Source: a virus
Lineage: Duplodnaviria > Caudoviricetes
DNA length: 64,000 bases
Direction: 5' to 3' (one strand)
Virus record (IMG/VR): IMGVR_UViG_3300037453_000171
Coordinates: 35,881-99,880 of that record
Program-made: the position numbers and the translations under genes
Part shown: positions 19,501 through 27,800 of the stretch, in pieces
Position numbering within the stretch: position 1 is the first letter of the stretch
Layout: every line of letters begins with the position of its first letter
The notes under the pieces: model-generated
Database searches by the model: none
The model's input: the letters and a program-made list of their open reading frames with translations, nothing else
Told to the model about the DNA's origin: nothing

Positions 19501-22500
19501 AGATCGTCATCGTATAAATCGGTAAGAACCTCATACATACCGACAACGCTTCCAAATGCTTTCGCTGCTTTTTCGTTTTCCAATCCGAGACCGCCATACT
19601 TCGTATCAAGAACCATGGTGTCGCAGATTTTCTTCTTCAGTGTCGGATCTTTCGCGAGTCGTACAAGATGTAACGTCTTCGCATATATCTTAGATTCCTC
19701 ACAACCACCAGGAATAAGAACACGACGGCTTCCTTCGACAGAAGTCAACTGACCGCGAGTCAAAGCAATCATCATGTTATGCCTTGCCCTTGCACTGTTC
19801 TCAAGTGGAGATTTACTGGAATCATAAGACACAACTCTGACCTTCCGGAATTTACTTCCGCCAGGAATATCGCCATTGATAACAGCTTCCCTCCATTTCT
19901 TGAATCCGTTCAGCGCGGCATTAACATCCTTGTCCTTGATGTTTCCGATAGCAAGATTAGCAGCACCGGCATCTGTTCCAAGACCAAGAAGACGATCGTA
20001 TTCCTCGTTCAGTTTATCTTCATCCCAGACAACATCGTATTCCGGAAAATCAGCACGAAGCTTATCACCATCAAAGTCCTGACCAGTAGTAACCATCGCT
20101 TCCTTGGCGACCTTCATGTTACTTCCTTCCAGCCTTGACGAGAACCATTTGACACGACAAGGAACCGTGGAGTGTTCCGCATCGGAAGGCGTACGAGATG
20201 CATCAAACAGGAGGGCTTCCATAGGAATAATTCCATTCTCCACAAGGCCCTTGATGTGATTGCCATCCTTGTCTTCATATCCCCATAGCATCTCCGGAGT
20301 AATCTCGCCATCTGCATTAGCAAACTCACGAAGCGCCTCCGGCAAAGGAAGACCAGCATCAAACCATTTCAATCTCTGATTCTTTCCTTCTCCCTGGAAT
20401 TCAACACCGAGTTTATAAGATTCCGGGAAACCACCCATGTACGGATCGACATCGGCTTCCATTCCAACTGCGGTCGTTACAAGAATATTCGCACCCTTCG
20501 TCTTGATCTTCGTCATCCGTTTCTTGATGATGGACGCAAGCAACTCCTGAACCTGATGTGCTACATTAGGTGAGAACATCGGGAGGGCAAAAGTTCCGTC
20601 GGCAAGATGAGTCAAGGCAAACTTCAGTTCCTGCGGCTGATAGGATTTATTAGCAAGCTCCTCCTTAAATATCCTTTCAAGCTGGTCAGTATCCGTGAAG
20701 ACCTCGCGGATTTTCTTGTATGCTTCAACGATATTAGCGGACTTCAGCTTGTAGTACAAATCTCTTGCTTCGGTGGCCAGCATCGGAACGCCGTTGACTT
20801 CTATCATATCGCCGGGCTGGATATTAGCCCAGACGGTCTTCTCCTTCTGCGAAGCACGAGCAATCTTGTCATCAACACCGTGAGGAGGAGTAGCTGCAGC
20901 GATGCCGTAATACTTATACGGGATCGTATGTATGGACCACTTATTTGCTTTCACGGAAGACACGAGATAATCCGTGATGGACTTCTCGTCCTTCAGGATA
21001 TGCTCGTTCAGTTTCTGACCCTTCCAGCCATGCGCTTTCCTTTCTTCGTCATCCTTGAAATCGCTCCAGCGCATCAAAGGCTTGACAAGTGAATGAGCGC
21101 CTACCTTCGCACCGGAATGGAACAGGAACAAGTCAACCGGCTTTCCTTGCTTCTTCAGTTCTGCCTGTGCCGCATCAAATGCGCGAAGCGGAACGGACTG
21201 CGCGGAAAGACAGTACTTAGACAAAGCAACCGGGAGAAGAACAGCTTCGGAATACTTGTGCAGGAAAGTAAGCTTGACGGGTTTCTGGAGTTTGCCTTCT
21301 GCGGCATCGATATGTTCAAATCCAGTAGCAACCGGCTTGATATTCTGCATGAAAACATCAATGTCGCCCTTCAGCGGTTTACCGGCAATGATTCTCTGAT
21401 AAGCAGATTCGTGTCTGTCATCCCACTGGTCAGACATAATCATCACGTCACGATACGACTCGAGTGTACGGAATCCTTGACCGTCAGTAGATTTGATCTT
21501 CGAGTAAGCCTTCTTCATCCCGCGATACTGGACCGGAGTGATAAGTTCTTTGTCCAGTAAATCTTTCAACATCCCGAGAATTGACTTCAAGAATGCAGAC
21601 TCGGAAACCTCATCGCCAACATACATCACATTCTCCGACTCCTTTCCAACCGGTTTCCCGTTCCAGGTAGCGTTGGTATAAAGCGAAGTACGAGTGGCAT
21701 GAAGCAGCATGTTTCGCTTCTCGAAATCAATCAAGCCGTCAAAGTTCTGAAGACCGCCATCCCAGAGCTTGACCATCTGAAGACGGGCATAGAAGGTATT
21801 ATAGAACCATTCATCCAGCTTCTTTCTGGAGGACTCCTTCAGAGAGCTGACTTTACCGTCCTTTGAATATACTCCGAGATCGCGGAGATATCTATTCGTA
21901 AGAATTCCTTCCTTCTCGACGGTTTCGATATCCTTCTGCCTGATCTTCTCGAGCTGTGCGGCAACTTGCTCTTTAACGAACTGTCTCGCATCATTCGGAT
22001 TCGTTCTTTCCTTATATGCCTGACGAAATCCGTTGTCATTGAACTCAGGGAATATCTGGAATTTCATTCCCTGTCTTTCATAAACGGACAGAACCGGTCT
22101 GTTCTTTCCGTCTTTGTCATTCTTGACACGTTCCTCGATTGCTGCGATACGTTCTGTTTCGGCAAGAACTTCATCGGCAATAGCCTCGACGAGATCGGAA
22201 TCAACCAGACTGACAGGTTCGTTCCATTCCTCTACTGGTTTAGTCTCATCAGTAAACGTATCGATGCTTAACTTCGGGCAGTAACAGAAGTTATAAGCAG
22301 TGGAATAGTCTGACTGGATCGGGAATTCCACGGCGCAGAACGGTTCCGTTCCCTGCGAGAACATCCTCGACGCCTTGAAGAACTGAACAAGTGAGTTGGT
22401 CAGCTTCTGCGGACGAGTCAGCTTCGCATATTCGACATGATTGAATGTCGGCATATCCGTAACGCGCATCGCTTCACGGATGTCAGTCTGTCTGTACTTG

Positions 22501-24482
22501 CCGGAAGCAAGCCACTTCAACCAACCTATAGCCCTTCTGTCTGCTCCATATCCGAGAGACATCCCTTCATATCTCAGGAATTCGTTCTCAAGGCGTTCCT
22601 GATAGCTGCCGGGACCAGGACCTTCTTCCAGATGATCGGCATTCGTCAGAAGATCAAATATCTGATGAAGAAGATTGACATTGTTATAAGCCGACATCGA
22701 CTTGCCGTCCATATTCGTACGGGGTTCGACCTCGTTGTATTTTGCAAGAGCGATGCAGTTGTCTATATGACGGTATTCATCAGCGCAGGTGTTGTAGAAA
22801 TACTGTCCCGTTTTCGGACCTGTTCCTTTCCAGATTTCTTCTGCCCTTTCATATGCGGCGTCCATCCAGGCAACAAGACGGTACAGTTTATTGCGCCCCT
22901 TCGTAGCTTTCCAGTCCTTCCATCCTGCAACATATCCGAAACTCTTCGGGTCCATCTGCTGAAGGGAGATAGTTTCAACTTCGTCAGGTGTGATGGAATA
23001 TCCAAGTCCACGAAGATAATCCGATACCTGCTTTGGAACATCCGGATTCAAGCGGAAGAATTCCTTCATCGCATCGACGGGTTCGAGCTTCTCATATTCC
23101 TGCGTGACATTCTTGGGCTTCTTATCGCCCTTGACCATGCGGATATTCTGCGTGCCATTGATGATTCTGTCTTTCAGCTCCGTAAATTTCTTATGAATTT
23201 CCCGGATCTTATCAGCATCTCTCAAGCTTCCATATCCGACATAGATGCTCGTATCTTCATCAAGGACATAACCGGCGGAGACATTGCTTCCCGCGTCACG
23301 CATCAGGGCATGACCCTGAGAACGGGAATTGGCGATATGCGGAGTGTAAGAATTCCCCTCGATATTCGTATAGATAAACAGAGTAGCGGCTTTCTTGAAG
23401 TTGCAATACACCGTAGTCTGCTTATCCGGATTCTTTTCCAGCTCATTGATGACACCTTTCATCCATGGATTGTTGTCGGAAGCAGCACGGAGATCATCCA
23501 TCATCGTCGCCGGATTGGAATTGATGAGAGCTGTTGTTAAACCAATGGCGGCTTGTCTGCTGTCAAGATATCTTGTCCGCCCAAGATCATCCTTTACGAC
23601 ATTCCCGGTAGCGTCAGTTTTTGCAATCCTGCTGATCAGCCTTCTCGCACGAGGACCAAGCGTTTCCATCATCTTGACAATTCGGAAATCAGCGTAACGC
23701 TCTCCCTTGGAGGACTCGTCTGCATCTGTTCCATCTTCGTTCCGGACATCTTCCATCGGAGAATTCAAATCCTTCACATCCTCGAAACTGATTTCGAAGT
23801 CACGGACATTGACAATGAACCCTTCTCCTTCACCGATAGACGAAGCGGCAAGGGCAGCGAGTCTTTCCTTGTTGGCAAGAACAGTGTTGTATTCTTGGGA
23901 AAGATACTCAGACTTTCTTCTCGCTTCAGCCAGTTCTTCTTCCGTAGCATCAGGATACTTCGCCTTGTAGCGATTCATCATATCTTCAACATTGCCATAC
24001 AGTCTCTTGAGCTTATTGAAGACTGTATTCATGATGACAACATATCCGTTATCCTTTCCGTCTCCCTGCGCTTTCAGTAGTTCTTGACGGGAACGTCCGG
24101 TTTTATCAGCAGCAACAATCTTATCCAGCTCCTTCCTGAACTCATCATTCAGCATTCCGATACGGTCAGCAAGAACCTCCGGAGTATAGGTTGAATACAA
24201 TGTACTGTACAGACGAGATATATCATCACGCTGCATCGATGCGGATGTCTGAGAAAGTTTGACGCGCTTCAGCTCATGATTCATGAACCGCGTGAACACG
24301 CCTTTTCCCGCAGAATCTTCCGGGAACCAGTCGAACGGATATTTATCGCTGTGTGTTTCTCGGAACAGCTGCAACGCTATGGCAAGATGATGGTCGTTGT
24401 AATGCCGTGGTGCATAGTATTCCTTCATCCTCTGGAATTCAGGAAGCGCTTTCAGCACCTTCATGTTAGGACAGAATCTCAT
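13530..24482 (-). CDS. Virion-packaged crAss-type DNA-dependent RNA polymerase polyprotein (~3650 aa)
   Basis: Catalytic DFDGD at 20064-20078; STDGQG; RTP motif; zincin-like LPEEFAH at 16833-16856; position after the cargo genes; ATG 24482 (MRFCPN) preferred because the promoter abuts GTG 24500. Confidence 0.9.
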   Translation of the reverse strand: MRFCPNMKVLKALPEFQRMKEYYAPRHYNDHHLAIALQLFRETHSDKYPFDWFPEDSAGKGVFTRFMNHELKRVKLSQTSASMQRDDISRLYSTLYSTYTPEVLADRIGMLNDEFRKELDKIVAADKTGRSRQELLKAQGDGKDNGYVVIMNTVFNKLKRLYGNVEDMMNRYKAKYPDATEEELAEARRKSEYLSQEYNTVLANKERLAALAASSIGEGEGFIVNVRDFEISFEDVKDLNSPMEDVRNEDGTDADESSKGERYADFRIVKMMETLGPRARRLISRIAKTDATGNVVKDDLGRTRYLDSRQAAIGLTTALINSNPATMMDDLRAASDNNPWMKGVINELEKNPDKQTTVYCNFKKAATLFIYTNIEGNSYTPHIANSRSQGHALMRDAGSNVSAGYVLDEDTSIYVGYGSLRDADKIREIHKKFTELKDRIINGTQNIRMVKGDKKPKNVTQEYEKLEPVDAMKEFFRLNPDVPKQVSDYLRGLGYSITPDEVETISLQQMDPKSFGYVAGWKDWKATKGRNKLYRLVAWMDAAYERAEEIWKGTGPKTGQYFYNTCADEYRHIDNCIALAKYNEVEPRTNMDGKSMSAYNNVNLLHQIFDLLTNADHLEEGPGPGSYQERLENEFLRYEGMSLGYGADRRAIGWLKWLASGKYRQTDIREAMRVTDMPTFNHVEYAKLTRPQKLTNSLVQFFKASRMFSQGTEPFCAVEFPIQSDYSTAYNFCYCPKLSIDTFTDETKPVEEWNEPVSLVDSDLVEAIADEVLAETERIAAIEERVKNDKDGKNRPVLSVYERQGMKFQIFPEFNDNGFRQAYKERTNPNDARQFVKEQVAAQLEKIRQKDIETVEKEGILTNRYLRDLGVYSKDGKVSSLKESSRKKLDEWFYNTFYARLQMVKLWDGGLQNFDGLIDFEKRNMLLHATRTSLYTNATWNGKPVGKESENVMYVGDEVSESAFLKSILGMLKDLLDKELITPVQYRGMKKAYSKIKSTDGQGFRTLESYRDVMIMSDQWDDRHESAYQRIIAGKPLKGDIDVFMQNIKPVATGFEHIDAAEGKLQKPVKLTFLHKYSEAVLLPVALSKYCLSAQSVPLRAFDAAQAELKKQGKPVDLFLFHSGAKVGAHSLVKPLMRWSDFKDDEERKAHGWKGQKLNEHILKDEKSITDYLVSSVKANKWSIHTIPYKYYGIAAATPPHGVDDKIARASQKEKTVWANIQPGDMIEVNGVPMLATEARDLYYKLKSANIVEAYKKIREVFTDTDQLERIFKEELANKSYQPQELKFALTHLADGTFALPMFSPNVAHQVQELLASIIKKRMTKIKTKGANILVTTAVGMEADVDPYMGGFPESYKLGVEFQGEGKNQRLKWFDAGLPLPEALREFANADGEITPEMLWGYEDKDGNHIKGLVENGIIPMEALLFDASRTPSDAEHSTVPCRVKWFSSRLEGSNMKVAKEAMVTTGQDFDGDKLRADFPEYDVVWDEDKLNEEYDRLLGLGTDAGAANLAIGNIKDKDVNAALNGFKKWREAVINGDIPGGSKFRKVRVVSYDSSKSPLENSARARHNMMIALTRGQLTSVEGSRRVLIPGGCEESKIYAKTLHLVRLAKDPTLKKKICDTMVLDTKYGGLGLENEKAAKAFGSVVGMYEVLTDLYDDDLTVLVRAVSNADTPYTLTHSLDAYDYLMGGAEMIGIYALYNSAQQMLQRLDMEYVPSENAEGYRTVINLFGKPIKELFSVENREGTFASLGLARLLNAAVDNGKDPILGYLNQTKEMAEMTSFLFAAGIDEEQVHLIMNQPVVIELINRLKGRDSEGLRKEAEKLVEELQSQFNDKRVSFSDAIEKAGAMKEEDYIGTLQMSLEEIKNSQDIPLINQQTGILYILSHLSSGAKTLADFIRLTRPESDSGSIGSSISDIILKHIALEDFREKLAKNPDSSIHISGMRDVLKKRDVHEGWDPKFIMEQLGDKLTEVVALNSLMMDSSLDMFKEYFPQARADWIGTARKIFKMYHVNSKDAKRSIIEHITQEMILWKLLDNEKFIQGDPQEEQKRIIVDVPHDLRMLKKRIENAKQNPGKDPAAEALIDNAFLDKFTTTSPEETKDRPRILFSLNGPAVEGMADSIRAYWGEMLQSSDESVRKLAVDLFKYNMYTSGFGYGMYEFAHFAPFSVLMETPGYIDALREVQRSTWTSDSVEEENFINQYILNHWGDSKFLLNVTDKTFPIGVDSITRELNPQLYDRIKDERYIILNAGDPDHRTQILYRLDKDRNGAIHPVVAEKLGVRLQGNQVTLQYNPRLNFWEVHPIVAGNDSAWGVRDDVEENHFAESNYEAGLENSTYTHGYVNSIGAVRNGEVDKTKIGTGFAASLGLIPTQQEANSMEELEQKAEAASQQNGQMDETPPPLTAEDEILANYTPMMGLGFAGVDMAALEKAKVGANPEAETTVKKGNYLSIARRQPDGKIKTERVPATPANIREARKQRVYSRLNARLREILREKGVAVGALNELEARMSLAGVTDFDTAMVTAEGLKEMIRIAEGYLGESALPEEFAHFGIEMIGHDNPLVKRLLDVLNNNDDALREAFEGQYDDYVKSYGNDREKLVTEAAGKLVAKQMFRQEEIRTSPVRRILQRVVDAIKSFLRRFRRDEIQNAIFEANDIASKIGRELLGGKILDDKTLQDINRNGQLYAKAEKVKKNLDGKEDVLHRILKNELKRLDILQRRIGYDKEKMRESKSIAAVELQIKKLENSIKNYKTEDAIITYMNDSLDFLTKTQEKLTSDIDSGKYKANEICRKLNMVRDTLYGFSAVLDDVSKAIAEGEVKDSVGLSQAINETAGVLRRFFEYYNMQAMHYFKEMLSNVYGEHGVTIDIGKEKGRVITIDEMAHRADRDISLASRWFHAIADCNDYALNAIDDLTRSAKYKARSRTLSIKPRIEKAVAELIKETGSNDQSWMFEWKRYDGGKWCDGRQDDGKLHKSGEYITEDKAKELGGAKYRFYQTMMEIKKDADGYLPDSLTGERKIVMLRKYTWDRVKESEGIKQKTMEVWEGVRNSILDTSSSIDYDNYEIRVDFEGNQVDMLPVNYLAKGKNESFDDMIDDVAASILAYAGMAYEYGELNNVIGILENAKFMSSQREVGQHAGKKTKRETIETENAIFHNPFTKKQAETNIAAALEDFFQMHIYGHIQANEGTIGNTKISKRKAVDTLNAITSYSQMAVNIPQRIANISVGLTQILFETVGAKTFSIADTKWALGLYMKESGDRLAETGKTDYDNKLSLWLDKFDVHQDNGRKYKNLSYKRSRLSKIFNSSLLYAGLTMGEDLLASTTALSVARNFKMRGPYGEDANLWDAYEVKYTDPARKTGAYLQLKDGYTKADGSALTQDDEIKFAKAVAGLNFELQGIYNLDDRSAVQQYALGALLIMYRKWIAPSLKRRYAGVHYNALKGRHEEGYHATMFRLLHDIVVSTKEQVSEEESAKSMLNIVDDLKALRTSISLNWNKMNDYEKSNVHRSMIELATVVGLYLACALLGKIPPPEYEGDDRGKVLKWWDQTVMSQMLRLRTEIGAMAPTPMLVDEAMHILKSPFAAIEPLTNTINAFQLLVPSNYMQTVKSGRYRGHKKAYKYFRELPIISMAKKVDNFLDPQPLINYYKNDAQY

Positions 24483-24501
24483 ACTCTTGTTATTAAACAC
24501 A

Positions 24502-24509
24502 CAAATATA
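24502..24509 (-). promoter_or_regulatory. -7 promoter element (TATATTTG) for the vRNAP gene
   Basis: caaatata on the + strand, ~20 nt upstream of the ATG. Confidence 0.6.
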
Positions 24510-24567
24510 TGTAAAAGGAAAGCCGGTTTGTTGAAGATAAATGAACCGCTTATATAGAAGAAATGCT

Positions 24568-24575
24568 TATATTTG
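24568..24575 (+). promoter_or_regulatory. -7 promoter element (TATATTTG) for the moron gene
   Basis: TAnnTTTG 26 nt upstream of ATG 24602. Confidence 0.6.
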
Positions 24576-24601
24576 CCACAACCAATAAATTCCAAATTAT
24601 C

Positions 24602-24808
24602 ATGGGAAACAAAAACTTAGAAAATCCGCCTACTGGCGGTATCATCCTTACAATGATTCTATTGGCAATATTTGCCATTGTGGTCATTGTCGGACTGATC
24701 AAGGGATTCGCTGCATTTATCGAAGACGGTGGATGGATCTGGCTGCTTGTTGTCGGAGGACTTGCGCTTTTTGTCTTCCTTTTATCAAGAGCGAACAGGA
24801 ATCATTGA
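24602..24808 (+). CDS. Small two-TM membrane protein (moron)
   Basis: 68 aa with two hydrophobic helices; opposite strand to the virion operon; own promoter and terminator. Confidence 0.7.
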   Translation: MGNKNLENPPTGGIILTMILLAIFAIVVIVGLIKGFAAFIEDGGWIWLLVVGGLALFVFLLSRANRNH

Positions 24809-24812
24809 AAGA

Positions 24813-24839
24813 AAACCGCCCAGGTAATCTGAGCGGTTT
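24813..24839. terminator. Bidirectional terminator
   Basis: AAACCGCCCAG-GTAAT-CTGAGCGGTTT between convergent genes. Confidence 0.7.
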
Positions 24840-24843
24840 CTTG

Positions 24844-27800
24844 TTAACTGTCTGCACAGGCTATTGCGTATTCTTGGACTTCCGGCTCTGCAGCATCAAA
24901 CTCTTCTTGCGTCCAACCATTCGCTGCAAGTTTTTCACTTACTTCTTTTGGTAGCGTATCAAAATGATATCTACCATCAGAACCTTTCTGGATAGCCGGT
25001 TGGTTTTCTTCGGCACTTTCTCCTTCTTTCTTTTCTTCCTTCACCTCGCGCCTGCCGGTTTCTTTTGCGCCGATCTTCGCATCGGTTCTCATCCAGGACT
25101 CGTCTTCTTCCGATATTTCCGCCTCACTTAAAGAAGATTGTGATGCAAGGTATTCTTTCAGTCTATTTATGCTCGGATCTGTCTCCTCGTATTTCGAACC
25201 GATCAACGAAGCGTTCAAATAATATATTCCGTATTTGTCAATCAGCAACTTCTCGAAACGATCTTCCCGTTCATCTACGGTTCCGTTCTCGTCGTGTTCA
25301 AATGCATTAAGATCGTCGACAAAAGATTTCGGAAGATATGTATTTACCGCTCTTTGAAGCTGTTCTTCATTTACTTGATCCGGATCAACGACATAATATG
25401 CGTCGCGCTTCTCGTCATATAGGCGCAATACAGGATAGACATTTCCCTTCGTATTGACGGCAAAGGTAAACATGAATTTATTACCCTTGTGTTCAAATCG
25501 TACTACAGGAAATTTATCCTGATTAAAATAACCAACTTCCGTTACTCCGGAAGGGAAATTCTTGAAAGTATGCCAAGCGGCTGTAACGAGATCCTGTTCA
25601 CCTCCTTGCGAGACTTTTGGAGGTTTGTTTTCGGCTTCGTTCTTTTCAAGTTCACGCTGGACTTTCCTTTGCTCCTCTGTCATCGGATGGAAAGTCTTGG
25701 TTGCGCCATCCCACGGATCGATATAGAAATCAACGCCCTTTGCGCGAAGCATCTTCGCATTGGTGGTAAGGATATTATCATCAATCAGTCCTTGAATATC
25801 AGCCCCGGGACCGACATGGAATGAAACGCCCATTGCAGCAATCTTCGATAGAAGCCAGTCATCGGTTAACTGCGAAGCCTGACCGACACTTGCAAGCGTA
25901 CGGAACTGGACATCCTTGTTGATACGGTTGCCGTCCTCATCACGCTCCCAGGTAACGACCATCAAAGCCGGGCCGATGTTGTTGAAGTTGCCGAGTTCCA
26001 TATAAACATCGGAAACATCAAGAACCTTCGTAAGCTTCGCAAGCTTGTCGTGCAGTTTCTGGTTCTCCTCTTTGTAATCAGTAGTTGCTTTGTTAGCATT
26101 GTTTGCCTGACTTACGATGGAGCTGATGATACTCCGAGCCTTCACGAACATAGGCGAAGGATTCCCCTTCGTTTCTTCCGTGAAATGCTGGACATACAGG
26201 CGAATTGGAATATATCCATCATCTCCGTTTTTGGCAAGATAATAGACAGAGCCTTTTCTCTTGGAACGGAAAGATGCAGGGAAAGAATCTGGAGGAAGCT
26301 TTTGCACCGCATCAGCTTTTCCTTTGACTATTTCCAGATCGCCGTTCTTGTTGATGAACATGATGGGCGCATTCGAATCGTAAGCTTGGATATCTTTCAA
26401 TCCCTTGTCGTTTGCAAACGGATCAGATAACGAATAATCATATTCAATCTGCCCGGCTCTTTTTGCCCAGACCTTAGACTTCTTGCTGAACACGAACAAG
26501 TCATTCGGCGTCTTGTTTACATGCTTATTGTATTCAGCCATGATGGCCTCGCGGAGTTTTCCAAGACCGAGATACTTTGCTGTCTGGCGCGAAAGAATAT
26601 TCAGAACAAGCGGCTCACCATTCTTAACGGTCCGCATCAATATCTGCGGTTCATCTTTGTATTTCGGGAAGTTGCTGTCAATGACAAATTCAATCTCGTC
26701 ACCGACAGTCAATAATGTAGCAGTGTTCGAAAAACCATGTGCGTTATAAAGCGCCGTCCAGATTGCCTGAGATTCCGGATCGTGCTTGAACTTCCGATCT
26801 TGTTCACTCAAATCTTCATCTTTAGTATTCTGAAGATATGTAAGAAAGTCAGACAAATCGGCATCTTCGCGGCTTATCGAACCATCTCTTACTCCGTTAG
26901 CCTGTCCGGTAGATATCTCCGGATCGCTTCCACGATAATATGCTATCAACTCATTGCCGCCTTCTTCAACAAGCTGTCCGGGAATGGATTCTTCCTTCGC
27001 GGCTTCTTCCGCATCATCGCCTATATCTTCCTTGCTTGCCGGTTCAGCCATCGGAGTGACACCATCCTGTTCGGCTTGAGGGATTGGGTCTTCTGGAGGA
27101 TCAACAGGAGTAACTTTTTCTTGCTTTTCTTCTGGCTGCTCCATCATCCAGTCGGGAAGCGTAGTGGGAGCAGGAGCCGCACTTGCTGCCTGCGACGCAT
27201 CCTGACCAGTAGGTTTTTCTTCCGTTTCCTGCGAAACCGTAACTGGTTCTTCTGCTATATTATTTCTTGAAGCAGTGGCAGAATCTGCTCCACGGTAATT
27301 CTTCATCGACTCGCGTATAATGCGCTTCAATTCGGAATAGATTCCATCCGGCATCGGATAGATGCCCTGACTCTGCAACCTGAATTCATCCAGCGGAGGG
27401 AATACGCGGTCTGGAAGAGTCTGGAATTCCGCTTCCGAACTTGCTCGATGGAATATGTCGGTAATCATACTTCCGACAGAAGTCATGCGTATTGCCGGAT
27501 TACTAGTAGAGATACCGTTGCTCATGACATAATCGAAGAACGAATCGTATCTTCGTTTCAAGTCCATGAATTTCTTGACAGCTGGATTCTTTCCTTCCGC
27601 CGCTTCGAGAGTATTGTAGAAATCTACCTGATCCTTCGCGTTTTTTCTGAGGTATTCATCACGAACAGCCTCCATCGTGGTAAATCCTTCGGTTTCTGCG
27701 TCAACTGCAGCCTCTTCGGCTTTCTCATTTATCTGTTCCTGGGTAACAGCTTGCTTCGTGTATTCCTGCTGTCCGGTTTCACCTTGCAGGTTGATAAGCT

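Noticed and set aside
13530-24482. Intein or intron in the vRNAP
   Set aside because: Continuous ORF with no intein terminal motifs or LAGLIDADG blocks recognised
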